NCBI GenBank assembly: GCA_035478995.1
Contig: DATIJE010000004.1
Location: forward strand, 6,218-70,217
Reading direction: 5' to 3'
DNA from: Rhabdochlamydiaceae bacterium
GTDB lineage: Bacteria; Chlamydiota; Chlamydiia; Chlamydiales; Rhabdochlamydiaceae
Length of the DNA stretch: 64,000 nt
Both the position numbers and the translations under genes were made by a program. Under the pieces are notes generated by a model that was not told the DNA's origin, searched no databases, and saw only the letters and a list, made by a program, of their open reading frames with translations. Below are positions 37,195-46,702 of this stretch, in pieces (the stretch's first letter is position 1; each line of letters begins with the position of its first letter).

Positions 37195-38157
37195 ATGCAA
37201 AAATATCTTAAAATCTTTCCGTTTGTATGGATTTTTCTTCTTCACATTTGTATCCCTATAGATATGAGTGCAAATCACAATCCATCTTGTGCTGTTACCT
37301 ATGAATTTAGCGGTGGACGACTTGGCGATAACATCATTACCTACATGCATGCCAAATGGATCTCTTTCCAATATGGAATGCCTCTGCTCTATAAACCCTT
37401 TAAATATTCTGACCACTTTATTTTGGACCAAGAAGAGCCGCGATACAACCCCAATGACGCGTCAAGATATAGAAGAGTAGTGCGTCTTGGAAGAGGCGCT
37501 ACAGTTACGAATAATAATGATGCCACCCTTTACATCGTCCCCTATTTTCCAGAATCTGATTCCGAACGCAGATTTTTTAAGGATGGCGATGGCAACCAAT
37601 TCCCCCATTTCTTCGTGGATTGGAAAAACCCGGACTTTCGACAAGTCATTCTTCACGTGCTTCAACCCAAACAAACTGTTGCTTTGTGCGAAGTGCCGAA
37701 AGATAAAATTACCGTTGCTGTACATGTAAGAAAAGGAGGTGGATACGATACGGACGATTACATGTTCATACAGCCTTTAAAGATCCCACCAGAATCGTTT
37801 TATTTGGAACAACTCCAAAATCTATGCAACATGTTTCCCGAACAAAATATGCACATCCATCTTTTTACAGATGATCGTAATCCTGAGGCGATTGCAAACC
37901 GCTTCAAGACATTTTTAAACCAAGATAGAATAGTCTTTTCTTATAGAAATAGCGGAAATTTTCATGATAGTAATGTATTGGAAGATCTCTTTTCAATGCT
38001 GCAGTTCGACTGCCTGATCCGACCCGAATCGAGCTTTTCAATCATTCCTTCCCTTTTGAAAGATTATGACCTCCTAATACATCCGGATAACTTTGTTAAG
38101 ATAAACAATTATCCCTACATCGACCGAGTTAAAATTTCAGGCAAATTCATTCCCTAA
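37195..38157 (+). CDS. Fucosyltransferase-superfamily-like (GT11/GT23/POFUT-related) protein, signal peptide, paralog of 39245..40234
   Basis: FSGGRLGDNIITYMHAKWIS, VAVHVRKGGGYD and IRPESSFSIIPSLL are analogous to the GT11 GGLGNQ / HVRRGDY / S.FSWW motifs. I chose the ATG at 37195; the track ORF starts at a TTG at 37171. Confidence 0.45.
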   Translation: MQKYLKIFPFVWIFLLHICIPIDMSANHNPSCAVTYEFSGGRLGDNIITYMHAKWISFQYGMPLLYKPFKYSDHFILDQEEPRYNPNDASRYRRVVRLGRGATVTNNNDATLYIVPYFPESDSERRFFKDGDGNQFPHFFVDWKNPDFRQVILHVLQPKQTVALCEVPKDKITVAVHVRKGGGYDTDDYMFIQPLKIPPESFYLEQLQNLCNMFPEQNMHIHLFTDDRNPEAIANRFKTFLNQDRIVFSYRNSGNFHDSNVLEDLFSMLQFDCLIRPESSFSIIPSLLKDYDLLIHPDNFVKINNYPYIDRVKISGKFIP

Positions 38158-38226
38158 AAGCTCTTTACACATATTTAAATAATATTTACACTCCCCTCTT
38201 TTCAAAAATTCTTATTTGAGGCGAAC

Positions 38227-38646
38227 ATGCACGTTTCTGGATCCAATCATTCCACTTTTGATGTTTACTCTTCTATTTCATTCATTTCTAAAATGGCTGC
38301 TTTGGGAATTGTTTTAGGGGGAACTGCTGCTCTTGTAAAGCATGTCTATACTAGAAATTCGAACAGCGCAGTGAAAAGTATATTGGAATCTCGCGGAAAA
38401 ACAATGCCTGAAAGTGATGAAGTGACTGCATGTTTTAAATGCGGTACGTTCGAAGCATATACTTCTCATGATGCGAAATGGAAAGTTAGGGCAAACAAAA
38501 TGATCTTGTCATTTTCAGCTTCAAATCTAGAATGTCACATAAAAGACAGCGGTATTTTTAAACTAACCTTCGAAAAGGGCAAACCTATTTTGACTCGCGC
38601 AGGCAATCACTGTACTATCAAATCTAAAAAAGAGGCAACAACATGA
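38227..38646 (+). CDS. Hypothetical single-TM protein
   Basis: 139-aa ORF. Its stop overlaps the next start (ATGA), which suggests co-translation within the operon. Confidence 0.4.
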   Translation: MHVSGSNHSTFDVYSSISFISKMAALGIVLGGTAALVKHVYTRNSNSAVKSILESRGKTMPESDEVTACFKCGTFEAYTSHDAKWKVRANKMILSFSASNLECHIKDSGIFKLTFEKGKPILTRAGNHCTIKSKKEATT

Positions 38647-39233
38647 CATCGATACGTACTATATGGACTTTATCTTTAATTCTGATTCCTTTGATAGCAT
38701 CGGCAAATATCGGACCACAAGGGTTCTATGCACATCCGAACAAGTATTTTGTAGAAACTGGATCATTCGGTGGAGAAGGGATTCAAAAAGCCTTAGATGC
38801 CGGTTTTTCCGAAGTTCATTCTCTTGATATAGAACCTGCTTTCATCAGAGATTGTAAAAGAAGATTTAAAAACCGTAATAATGTGCATCTTTGGTTGAGA
38901 GACTCGGGGTTTCAACTTTGGGAAGTAATCGAACCCATCAATGAACCCATTACTTTTTGGTTAGATGGGCATAGAGGAACACCAGATCCTCGTGGAGGGA
39001 AAAACACTCCCCTAATGGAAGAGTTAGAACAAATAAAGAAACATCCAATTAAAACACACACGATCATGATCGACGATTTGCATTGCTGCAATACAATTCT
39101 TTTTGATTTTCTCAGTCGAGAAGACATAGTTAACAAGGTTTTAGAAATAAATCCAAATTATACAATTACTTTCGAACCGGGTGGCAATGAAGGAGAATAC
39201 CCTATAAATGTTCTTGTAGCTTTTGTTCAATAG
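38643..39233 (+). CDS. Methyltransferase-like protein, signal peptide
   Basis: YFVETGSFGGEGIQKAL..GFSEVHSLDIEP ... WLDGH ... IMIDDLH. Confidence 0.4.
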   Translation: MTSIRTIWTLSLILIPLIASANIGPQGFYAHPNKYFVETGSFGGEGIQKALDAGFSEVHSLDIEPAFIRDCKRRFKNRNNVHLWLRDSGFQLWEVIEPINEPITFWLDGHRGTPDPRGGKNTPLMEELEQIKKHPIKTHTIMIDDLHCCNTILFDFLSREDIVNKVLEINPNYTITFEPGGNEGEYPINVLVAFVQ

Positions 39234-39244
39234 CAATACAACGT

Positions 39245-40234
39245 ATGCGATTTTCGATAATCAAAAAAGTCAGTCTACAAATTTTCTTAGGAATATCTAT
39301 TTTCGGCATGACTTTCTTGCATAGCCGCAACCAGGGAGGTGTCACTTATACATTTAGTGGAGGAAGATTTGGTGATAATCTTCTTGCTTACTTACATGCG
39401 AAGTGGATTTCTTATCAGGAAAAAATTCCTCTTTTATATAAGCCGTTTGGGTATTCATCTTATTTAGTTTTGGATGAAAAAGAAATGACTTACGAATCAT
39501 CGAGACATTTTTTTACTCATACAATCGAATATTCTCAGTCTCTAAGGCTAGGCATTGAACGAATAAAAACAAGAAACTTTCTTTATTCAGTGCCTTACTT
39601 TCCGGAAGATAAAGAAGAACAGCTAACTTATAGCTTTTTTCATTTCGATGTGGACTGGAAGAATACGGAATTTAGAACTATTGTGAAGGAATTACTCGCT
39701 CCAAAGCGGCCATTGGCAACAATTGAAGTGCCACAAAATTGCATCAGTATTGCATTGCACGTTCGCGAGGGAGGAGGATTCGATACGGACCATACTCGAT
39801 ATTATGCACCAAAAAAACTTCCTCCTTTGCATTTCTACATTGATGGACTGTTAAAGATGTTGGAATATTTTAAAGGAAAGTCCATCTATTGCCATGTTTT
39901 TACTGATGCCGTTAATCCCGAATCCATTATTGAAAACATTAGAGCTGGAATTAAAAATAATCATTCCATTGTTTTTGCATACCGGAAAGAAAATAATCAT
40001 CATGATTCTAATATTCTTGAAGATTTCTTTTCCTTTTTCAAATTTGATGCAATGATCCGCCCTCAATCTAATTTCAGCATCATTCCCTCTTTGCTTAAGG
40101 ATTACGCTATTTTAATCCACCCAAAAACAGCGATCATCAAATACGGATCTCCATTTATCGATCAGTTAGAAATTGTCATTCAAGATGAGCTTTATCAGAA
40201 ATTGATGAATGATTGCTCTTCTAATTTCAACTAA
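39245..40234 (+). CDS. Fucosyltransferase-superfamily-like protein, paralog of 37195..38157
   Basis: FSGGRFGDNLLAYLHAKWIS, IALHVREGGGFD and IRPQSNFSIIPSLL. Confidence 0.45.
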   Translation: MRFSIIKKVSLQIFLGISIFGMTFLHSRNQGGVTYTFSGGRFGDNLLAYLHAKWISYQEKIPLLYKPFGYSSYLVLDEKEMTYESSRHFFTHTIEYSQSLRLGIERIKTRNFLYSVPYFPEDKEEQLTYSFFHFDVDWKNTEFRTIVKELLAPKRPLATIEVPQNCISIALHVREGGGFDTDHTRYYAPKKLPPLHFYIDGLLKMLEYFKGKSIYCHVFTDAVNPESIIENIRAGIKNNHSIVFAYRKENNHHDSNILEDFFSFFKFDAMIRPQSNFSIIPSLLKDYAILIHPKTAIIKYGSPFIDQLEIVIQDELYQKLMNDCSSNFN

Positions 40235-40238
40235 GCCT

Positions 40239-41234
40239 CTAAGACGCAAATTCATGCAATTGTTTAGAATGAATGTGTAAATTATTGATCCTGTACTTGA
40301 TTCCATTATACACAGCGTAAGGAACTTTCCTTCCTTGGCTATCTCGTATCCATTCATAAGAAAGCAGAGAGGGATTAAACACACAGCTTTCATTGATAAA
40401 ACCAGGTGTTGAATTACCATTGCTAGGATCGATCCCTCCTAGGTATTGCCCGATGGCCGCTGCGTCGAAAATCGAATGGAATAAATGAATATTCTGACAA
40501 TATTTAGCTTTGTTTTGAGCCTTGTGTCCCGTGGGACTGATGAGAGCATGCTGCTGCACATATTCTTCATGAACGATGGGCAAGTGATCGATGGCATTGT
40601 AACCATTCTCTTTTTTAAACAAGGCTATCAATTCCATATCGTTCAATTTCTTCGAAGCATGGTTAGCGAAAGAGTTGGCAAGTCGTTTCATCCTTTGCGG
40701 ATTGGGAATGAAGATGAATCCGGCAATGCATCTCTTGTCATTGTCGAATGTTGCCGCAATACCTTTATATTGAGTCTGAAAAATGGGGAGCAGCTCCTCC
40801 AGATTTGCGTAAAGCATATTGTCGTACTCCATATGAAATACATTTTTTAGTCCATATTGAGTCATTAAATCATTTAGATACAAAAATCGTTCACTTGTAC
40901 ACCGCCAAAAACCTTCTCTCCAATGATTGTCCAGGGTGCTTCTTTGAATAAAACGAGCATGTTCAGTCGTCCTTGCAAGAGATTCATAATCGATCGTAGT
41001 GATATTCGCATTTAATGCATCATGTGACAAAGAGCGTATCGCTGATTTGCTGGAAAGCAAAATAATTGGACATTCTGGATTAAAAGATCTTGCTTGCCGC
41101 AAAGCGATTTCTGCATATTGAGGCAGCTTATTCCCAATATGAATGAAGACGATGTTATAGTCTGCTGCATTTAGAAAAACTTGCAAGAAACCTGTAATGA
41201 TAAAAGCAAAAAAAATAGCGCATTTTTTATACAT
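40239..41234 (-). CDS. Putative glycosyltransferase (uncharacterised family), signal peptide, paralog of 32672..33673
   Basis: It is collinear with 32672..33673. N-terminus is MYKKCAIFFAFIITGFLQVFLNA. Confidence 0.35.
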   Translation of the reverse strand: MYKKCAIFFAFIITGFLQVFLNAADYNIVFIHIGNKLPQYAEIALRQARSFNPECPIILLSSKSAIRSLSHDALNANITTIDYESLARTTEHARFIQRSTLDNHWREGFWRCTSERFLYLNDLMTQYGLKNVFHMEYDNMLYANLEELLPIFQTQYKGIAATFDNDKRCIAGFIFIPNPQRMKRLANSFANHASKKLNDMELIALFKKENGYNAIDHLPIVHEEYVQQHALISPTGHKAQNKAKYCQNIHLFHSIFDAAAIGQYLGGIDPSNGNSTPGFINESCVFNPSLLSYEWIRDSQGRKVPYAVYNGIKYRINNLHIHSKQLHEFAS

Positions 41235-41329
41235 GCAACACCTAAATCAATTGTCTATTGTTTTTTTAAAAAGCGAATGTTTGCTAAGATCCATAACATA
41301 AAAAAATTTTAACAAAACGCTGGGGTATT

Positions 41330-42241
41330 GTGCACTCATTCTTTTTCACTTTAGTGTTTATATCTTTATCTTTGAGCATATATGGCACCGTGATTGCTCG
41401 CTTTCGCGGACAATTCGGCAACCAACTTTTCCAAGCAGCTGCAGCCATTGCTCTAGCTAAGGAAAATCGATGCGACGTTTATTTTCCCGATTTCGATAAT
41501 TTAAACGCACCTCACTTACAGGAAATGAATTTAGAAAAAAATTATCGAATTTTATTTCATCGAATACACAATACAGTTTTCAGACCTTATCCGAGTGTCG
41601 TCTATAGAGAGCCGGATTTTAATTATCATCCAATTCCTTATTATCGCAATATTGAAATTGTGGGTTTTTTTCTATCGGAAAAATTCTTCAAGAAATACAA
41701 GGACGTGATCTTAGAATTATATTCTGCTCCAAGAGAAGTCGAGGATCATCTGCAGATGCATTTTGCTTCACTCCTCGACCATCCCAAGACAGTCGGAGTC
41801 CATGTGCGCACAGGCTATCCAGACTATAAAAAATCGGGTTTTAGCCCTCAATTTTATCAGGTCTACCTTCCACCCGATGCAGAGTATTTCAAAAAGGCAA
41901 TCCATATGTTCGAATCCGACTGTTTATTTGTCGTATTCTCAGATCATATTGGATGGTGTAAGGAACAATTTAAAGGGATCGATCGAAACCTGATTTTCAT
42001 TGAAGGACAGGATTACATTCATGATTTTTATTTATTGACAAAATGTAAACATGCCATCATTGCAAATTCCAGTTTTTCATGGTGGGCTGCTTATCTTAAC
42101 AGAAATCCAGATAAAAAAATTATCTGTCGACGGCCTTTTATTGCACCCTATGATCCCTTGAGTCATCCTAAGGATATCATTTGTGAAGATTGGTATCCCA
42201 TTGACATGCATCAAGTACCTGGTATGCCAATTTTCCCATAA
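41330..42241 (+). CDS. Glycosyltransferase family 11 (alpha-1,2-fucosyltransferase)
   Basis: RGQFGNQLFQAAAAIALA, VGVHVRTGYPDY and IANSSFSWWAAYLN are the GT11 motifs. GTG start with hydrophobic leader MHSFFFTLVFISLSLSIYG. An internal GTG (giving MIARFRGQFGNQ) is a possible alternative start. Confidence 0.8.
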   Translation: MHSFFFTLVFISLSLSIYGTVIARFRGQFGNQLFQAAAAIALAKENRCDVYFPDFDNLNAPHLQEMNLEKNYRILFHRIHNTVFRPYPSVVYREPDFNYHPIPYYRNIEIVGFFLSEKFFKKYKDVILELYSAPREVEDHLQMHFASLLDHPKTVGVHVRTGYPDYKKSGFSPQFYQVYLPPDAEYFKKAIHMFESDCLFVVFSDHIGWCKEQFKGIDRNLIFIEGQDYIHDFYLLTKCKHAIIANSSFSWWAAYLNRNPDKKIICRRPFIAPYDPLSHPKDIICEDWYPIDMHQVPGMPIFP

Positions 42242-42323
42242 TAATGTATCAGGTTTTTTGCGTTGTAAAAATTTTGAATAAATTCTAAAGTTTGCATTTT
42301 TTTTTAGCGAGGCAAACGTAACC

Positions 42324-43238
42324 ATGAAGCGATTATTGATCATTTTATGCTTTATAGTTCAAATGACGGCGTATGCTTTTGACAAAGTTCAATATACATT
42401 CGACCCTGCACCTATCGATGTAATCATTCCTTGTACTGATAAGGATATTCCTACCTTAGATCTTTGCATCGATGGAATTCGCAAGAACGGAAGAGGAATC
42501 CGCCGTGTGATTGTGGTCTCTGCAAAACGACTCACGGAAAAAGCAGAATGGTTTAATGAAAGAAATTATCCTTTTACTCCTTTTGATCTCGCTTTAGAAA
42601 TCTTTAGAAATCATGCCAATGCCGCATCCAGCGCTCATGCATATGTATCGTCCAAAAAAACCCGGGTTGGATGGATCTATCAACAGTTTTTAAAATTCTA
42701 TGCGCCTTTTGTAATCCCTGATCTTTCATCAAACATTCTCATTTTGGATGCAGATACCATTTTTCTCAATCCTGTTTCATTTTTAGGAGATCAAGGACAG
42801 GGCCTCTATAATCCCGGCACCGAACATCATTTCCCTTACTTTGAACTGATGGGCCGTTTAATTCCCGGACTGAAAAAAGTATTTCCGAAATTATCCGGAA
42901 TTTCCCATCACATGCTGTTTCAAAAAACTGTGCTAAAAGATCTGTTATATACAATTGAATCTATCCATCAAATTGATGCCTGGAAAGCAATCTGTCGATG
43001 CATCGATCACCGCTTTCTTTATGAAGCTGCTTTATCAGAATATGAAATCTACTTTAACTTTGTATTTACTCGTAGCGATCAAATGAAAGTCAGATATCTT
43101 AAATGGACAAATATTCAAAAAATTGAAGACATTCGCAAATACAAGAAACGAGGGTACCACTATGTTTCTTGTCATTCTTATGCACGTAAACCTACATCAA
43201 CAGGAAAGGCTCATGAGACACTTAAAAAAACTGATTAA
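42324..43238 (+). CDS. Nucleotide-diphospho-sugar transferase-like protein, signal peptide, paralog of 31059..31913
   Basis: IDVIIPCTDKDIPTLDLCIDGIRKN, LDADTIFLNP and [11 protein letters not shown]-terminus is MKRLLIILCFIVQMTAYA. Confidence 0.45.
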   Translation: MKRLLIILCFIVQMTAYAFDKVQYTFDPAPIDVIIPCTDKDIPTLDLCIDGIRKNGRGIRRVIVVSAKRLTEKAEWFNERNYPFTPFDLALEIFRNHANAASSAHAYVSSKKTRVGWIYQQFLKFYAPFVIPDLSSNILILDADTIFLNPVSFLGDQGQGLYNPGTEHHFPYFELMGRLIPGLKKVFPKLSGISHHMLFQKTVLKDLLYTIESIHQIDAWKAICRCIDHRFLYEAALSEYEIYFNFVFTRSDQMKVRYLKWTNIQKIEDIRKYKKRGYHYVSCHSYARKPTSTGKAHETLKKTD

Positions 43239-44100
43239 TTTATTTTGTTTAACCACGATAGCTGTTGTGGCCTCGAGTGCTCTTGCCCAAAACCGCGGTT
43301 CAAGTGCACCTTATATTTCTGGAGATACGTTTCGTTCTTATGCGGATTTTATCTTCGATGAAACAAATATTCCTTTTTTTCCCGAGAGAGTTAGACCGGG
43401 TAATACCATTTTCGTAAAAACAGATTATCTTAAATATTTTTTCCGAAGAATGCGCCCCCTCATTAATTGCCCTTACATCCTGATCACGCATAATAGCGAT
43501 TTGCCTGCTCCAGGAAACTACACGCAGCTTTTAGAGGATAAAAACTTGATCGCCTGGTTTGGACAAAATGTCGAACACTACTCTCATCCAAAACTCCACC
43601 CTATACCTATTGGAATTGCAAACAAATATTGGGGCCATGGGAATACCGACCTCTTAGATATTGCTAGAAGCCACGCAAATCAATTGTATCGCAGCAACTT
43701 GCTATTTTTGAATTTTTCGGTCGGAACCCATCCTGAACGGACTAATGTATATCACCAATTCATCAATCAACCTTTTTGCCTTTATAAAACGAATCAAAAT
43801 TATCGAGAGTATTTGGACAGTACGGCTTCGTGCAAATTTGTTTTAAGTCCTAGAGGCAATGGGATTGATTGTCATAGAACCTGGGAAGCTTTATATCTCG
43901 GCGCCATTCCTGTTGTTAAAACCTCCTTTCTCGATCCATTATATGAAAATCTTCCTGTCGTCATTGTAAAAGATTGGGCAGAAGTAACAGAAGAATTTCT
44001 CAATAAAAAATACGCTGAGATGCAAAATCTGACTTATCAGACAGAAAAAATATACGCAGACTATTGGTTCAAATTAATCGACAGCTATAAAAACCAGTAG
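43213..44100 (+). CDS. Exostosin (GT47)-like glycosyltransferase, signal peptide, paralog of 28711..29784
   Basis: FVLSPRGNGIDCHRTWEALYLGAIPVV. I chose the ATG at 43213 (MRHLKKLINLFCLTTIAVVASSALA), which is preceded by AGGAAAGG. The track ORF starts at 43123, inside the upstream gene. Confidence 0.45.
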   Translation: MRHLKKLINLFCLTTIAVVASSALAQNRGSSAPYISGDTFRSYADFIFDETNIPFFPERVRPGNTIFVKTDYLKYFFRRMRPLINCPYILITHNSDLPAPGNYTQLLEDKNLIAWFGQNVEHYSHPKLHPIPIGIANKYWGHGNTDLLDIARSHANQLYRSNLLFLNFSVGTHPERTNVYHQFINQPFCLYKTNQNYREYLDSTASCKFVLSPRGNGIDCHRTWEALYLGAIPVVKTSFLDPLYENLPVVIVKDWAEVTEEFLNKKYAEMQNLTYQTEKIYADYWFKLIDSYKNQ

Positions 44101-44114
44101 CTTTTGTCTCAAAT

Positions 44115-44150
44115 GCATCAGGCTAGTTTAAAACTAGCCTGATGCCTTTT
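44115..44150 (+). terminator. Rho-independent terminator
   Basis: 15-bp perfect palindrome GCATCAGGCTAGTTT a AAACTAGCCTGATGC, followed by CTTTTT. Confidence 0.6.
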
Positions 44151-45197
44151 TCATAGTCCCAATCGTTCACTAAAGTAAACAATCGTGGGCTTAAGGCCTT
44201 CATCAAGGGAGACTTTCGGACCCCATTTTAAAACTTGATTGGCTAGAGTCAAATCAGGACGTCTTTGTTTAGGATCGTCTAGGGGTAAAGGCTTGAACAC
44301 GACCTGAGAGTTTGAGTTGGTGAGGCTGATGACTTTTGAAGCGAGTTCCAACATGGTGAATTCTCCGGGATTGCCTATGTTTACAGGTCCCGTAAATTCT
44401 TCTGTCGTATTCATCAGGGCACGGATCGCATCAATGAGATCGCTCACATAACAGAAGGAGCGTGTCTGCTCTCCGTTTCCATACATGGTAATAGGATCAT
44501 TTTTTAAAGCCTGGACGATAAAATTCGAGACGACGCGCCCATCATCCGGGCTCATACGAGGACCGTAGGTATTGAATATCCGTCCCACCTTAATTTTTGT
44601 ACCATAAGCGCGATGGTAATCGAAAAATAATGTCTCTGCGCTTCGTTTTCCTTCATCATAACAAGAACGGATTCCGATTGGATTGACATTCCCCCAATAC
44701 GATTCCTTTTGAGGATGCATTGTAGGGTCTCCATAGACTTCACTTGTAGAGGCTTGAAAGACTTTCGCGTTCCATTTTTTTGCGAGTTCCAATACAAAAA
44801 GCGCGCCGAAAAAATTCGTTTTTATCGTCTGGATAGGATCTTTCTGGTAATGCGGCGGGGAAGCAGCGCAGGCGAGGTTGTAAATTTCATCCAAGGGCTT
44901 ATCGAGATCGAGCGGCTTTGTAATATCATGCTGAATAAAAGTAAAAAGAGGATTTGTTAATAAATGTTCGATATTTGCTCGACTTCCGGTGGACAAATCA
45001 TCTAAACAGATGACTTCGTAACCTTCCTCAAGAAGATGGTCGCATAGGTTAGATCCGAGAAAGCCCGCCCCACCCGTCACCAGGCTGCATTTTTGCCCTT
45101 CTATGGCCTGTAAGAAATTTAACTGCATGAACAAGCATGCTAAAACCAAAATGATATTACTCCATTTTTTCCACATGCGAACGTCCGACGTTTTCAT
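44151..45197 (-). CDS. uxs: UDP-glucuronate decarboxylase (UDP-xylose synthase)
   Basis: [56 protein letters not shown] and [10 protein letters not shown]. The start is ambiguous. ATG 45197 gives an N-terminal TM ([12 protein letters not shown]) and overlaps the ugd stop. ATG 45128 ([11 protein letters not shown]) gives a soluble protein with no overlap. Confidence 0.85.
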   Translation of the reverse strand: MKTSDVRMWKKWSNIILVLACLFMQLNFLQAIEGQKCSLVTGGAGFLGSNLCDHLLEEGYEVICLDDLSTGSRANIEHLLTNPLFTFIQHDITKPLDLDKPLDEIYNLACAASPPHYQKDPIQTIKTNFFGALFVLELAKKWNAKVFQASTSEVYGDPTMHPQKESYWGNVNPIGIRSCYDEGKRSAETLFFDYHRAYGTKIKVGRIFNTYGPRMSPDDGRVVSNFIVQALKNDPITMYGNGEQTRSFCYVSDLIDAIRALMNTTEEFTGPVNIGNPGEFTMLELASKVISLTNSNSQVVFKPLPLDDPKQRRPDLTLANQVLKWGPKVSLDEGLKPTIVYFSERLGL

Positions 45198-46575
45198 ATT
45201 TAAATCCAAGGTTTTTTAAGGTTTCGGTTGAGATCAAATTACGTCCATCTACAAAAAGAGGTCTTTTCATGGAATCACGAAGTTTCACCAGATCGATATT
45301 TTCGAATTCTTTCCATCCTGTGAGAAGCATGATCGCATCGCTCTCTTCTGCAGCATCGTAAGAAGAATCGCAATATTCGATTTGGGGATAGATTTTTTTA
45401 ACATGTTGCATCGCTATAGGATCGTATGCTTTTACATAAGCGCCATTTTTTAACAATTCTTCTATGATCTTAAGAGAAGGTGAACAGCGCACATCGTCTG
45501 TATTTTCCTTAAATGACAATCCCAATATTGCAATCGTCTTATTTTCAACCTCGGAATCTAACAATTTGTATAGTTTTTGTAGAATGATCTGCGGTTGTAA
45601 TTTATTTGCTTCAATAGCCGCTTGAACGATCTTCAAATCTACACCTAACTTCTGAGCATCATGTACCAATGCAATTGTGTCTTTTGGCAGGCAATACCCT
45701 CCGTATCCTGGACCGGGATTTAAACACTTTGATCCAATGCGACTATCGAGGGCAAGTCCACTTTTAACTTCAAACACATCGGCTCCGACCTGATCGCATA
45801 AATTGGCAATTTCATTGATGAATGCAATTTTTACGGCTAGAAAGGAATTCGCCGCATATTTGATCATTTCTGCAGATTCAATGCTAGTGAAAAGAAAGGG
45901 AACCTTTTTGGAATAAAGAGGCCAAAGAATTTCAACCAAAATTTGATTCGCTCTTTTAGATTCAGAACCAATCACCACACGTTCGGGATCACAAAAATCT
46001 TGTACCGAAGTGCCCTCGCGTAAAAATTCGGGGGTATAAGCTAGATCAAAATCAAACTGATCGTCGCAATTCTGCCGAATTAGATCCGCAAATTTTTTCA
46101 CCGAACCAATAGGAACGGTACTCTTAACAAAAATGACTTTTTGACCATTGATATTTTTTCCGATTGTTTTAGCGACGGCATGAAATGCGCCTAAATTGGC
46201 TTCTCCATTTTCATTTGAAGGCGTTCCAACGGCGATAAAAATAATCTCATTTTTTCTAATGGATTGTTTGACATCGCTGCTAAAAAGCAATCGATTCTCC
46301 TGCACATTTTTATCGACGAGTTCTTTCAGACCGATCTCAAAAATGGGAATATGGCCCTGATTGAGAAGATCGATCTTATCTTGATCGATATCGCAACAAA
46401 TCACATGGTTTCCGAATTCTGCAAGACAGGCTCCTAAAGTGAGCCCGACATAACCTGTGCCAATGACTGTGATCCCATGAGTTTTTCGATCGAGGAAACT
46501 CTCGTCGTGTTCTATCGAGAAAAGTTCGCCAGCTTGTAATAAAAGAATCAAAAAAAGTATTGATATTGATTTCAT
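45157..46575 (-). CDS. ugd: UDP-glucose 6-dehydrogenase with hydrophobic N-terminal leader
   Basis: [38 protein letters not shown] and VDGRN. I chose the ATG at 46575 ([20 protein letters not shown]). The longer track ORF (to 46731) overlaps phoH2. There is no ATG, GTG or TTG start between the leader and the Rossmann fold. Confidence 0.85.
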   Translation of the reverse strand: MKSISILFLILLLQAGELFSIEHDESFLDRKTHGITVIGTGYVGLTLGACLAEFGNHVICCDIDQDKIDLLNQGHIPIFEIGLKELVDKNVQENRLLFSSDVKQSIRKNEIIFIAVGTPSNENGEANLGAFHAVAKTIGKNINGQKVIFVKSTVPIGSVKKFADLIRQNCDDQFDFDLAYTPEFLREGTSVQDFCDPERVVIGSESKRANQILVEILWPLYSKKVPFLFTSIESAEMIKYAANSFLAVKIAFINEIANLCDQVGADVFEVKSGLALDSRIGSKCLNPGPGYGGYCLPKDTIALVHDAQKLGVDLKIVQAAIEANKLQPQIILQKLYKLLDSEVENKTIAILGLSFKENTDDVRCSPSLKIIEELLKNGAYVKAYDPIAMQHVKKIYPQIEYCDSSYDAAEESDAIMLLTGWKEFENIDLVKLRDSMKRPLFVDGRNLISTETLKNLGFKYENVGRSHVEKME

Positions 46576-46702
46576 AAAAACTCTCAAATTATTTTTTTGG
46601 GAAAGATAGATAAGGAATTCTTTTTTTGCAAAAAATAATTTGCAATTTGATGATTCCCAAGACAGTTTAGAGGAATTCAAAACTGTCTTGGGAAACTTTG
46701 TA

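Noticed and set aside
43123-43212. Upstream start of the exostosin-like ORF at 43123
   Set aside because: It lies inside the preceding gene. The ATG at 43213 has an AGGAAAGG Shine-Dalgarno-like element and yields a canonical signal peptide.
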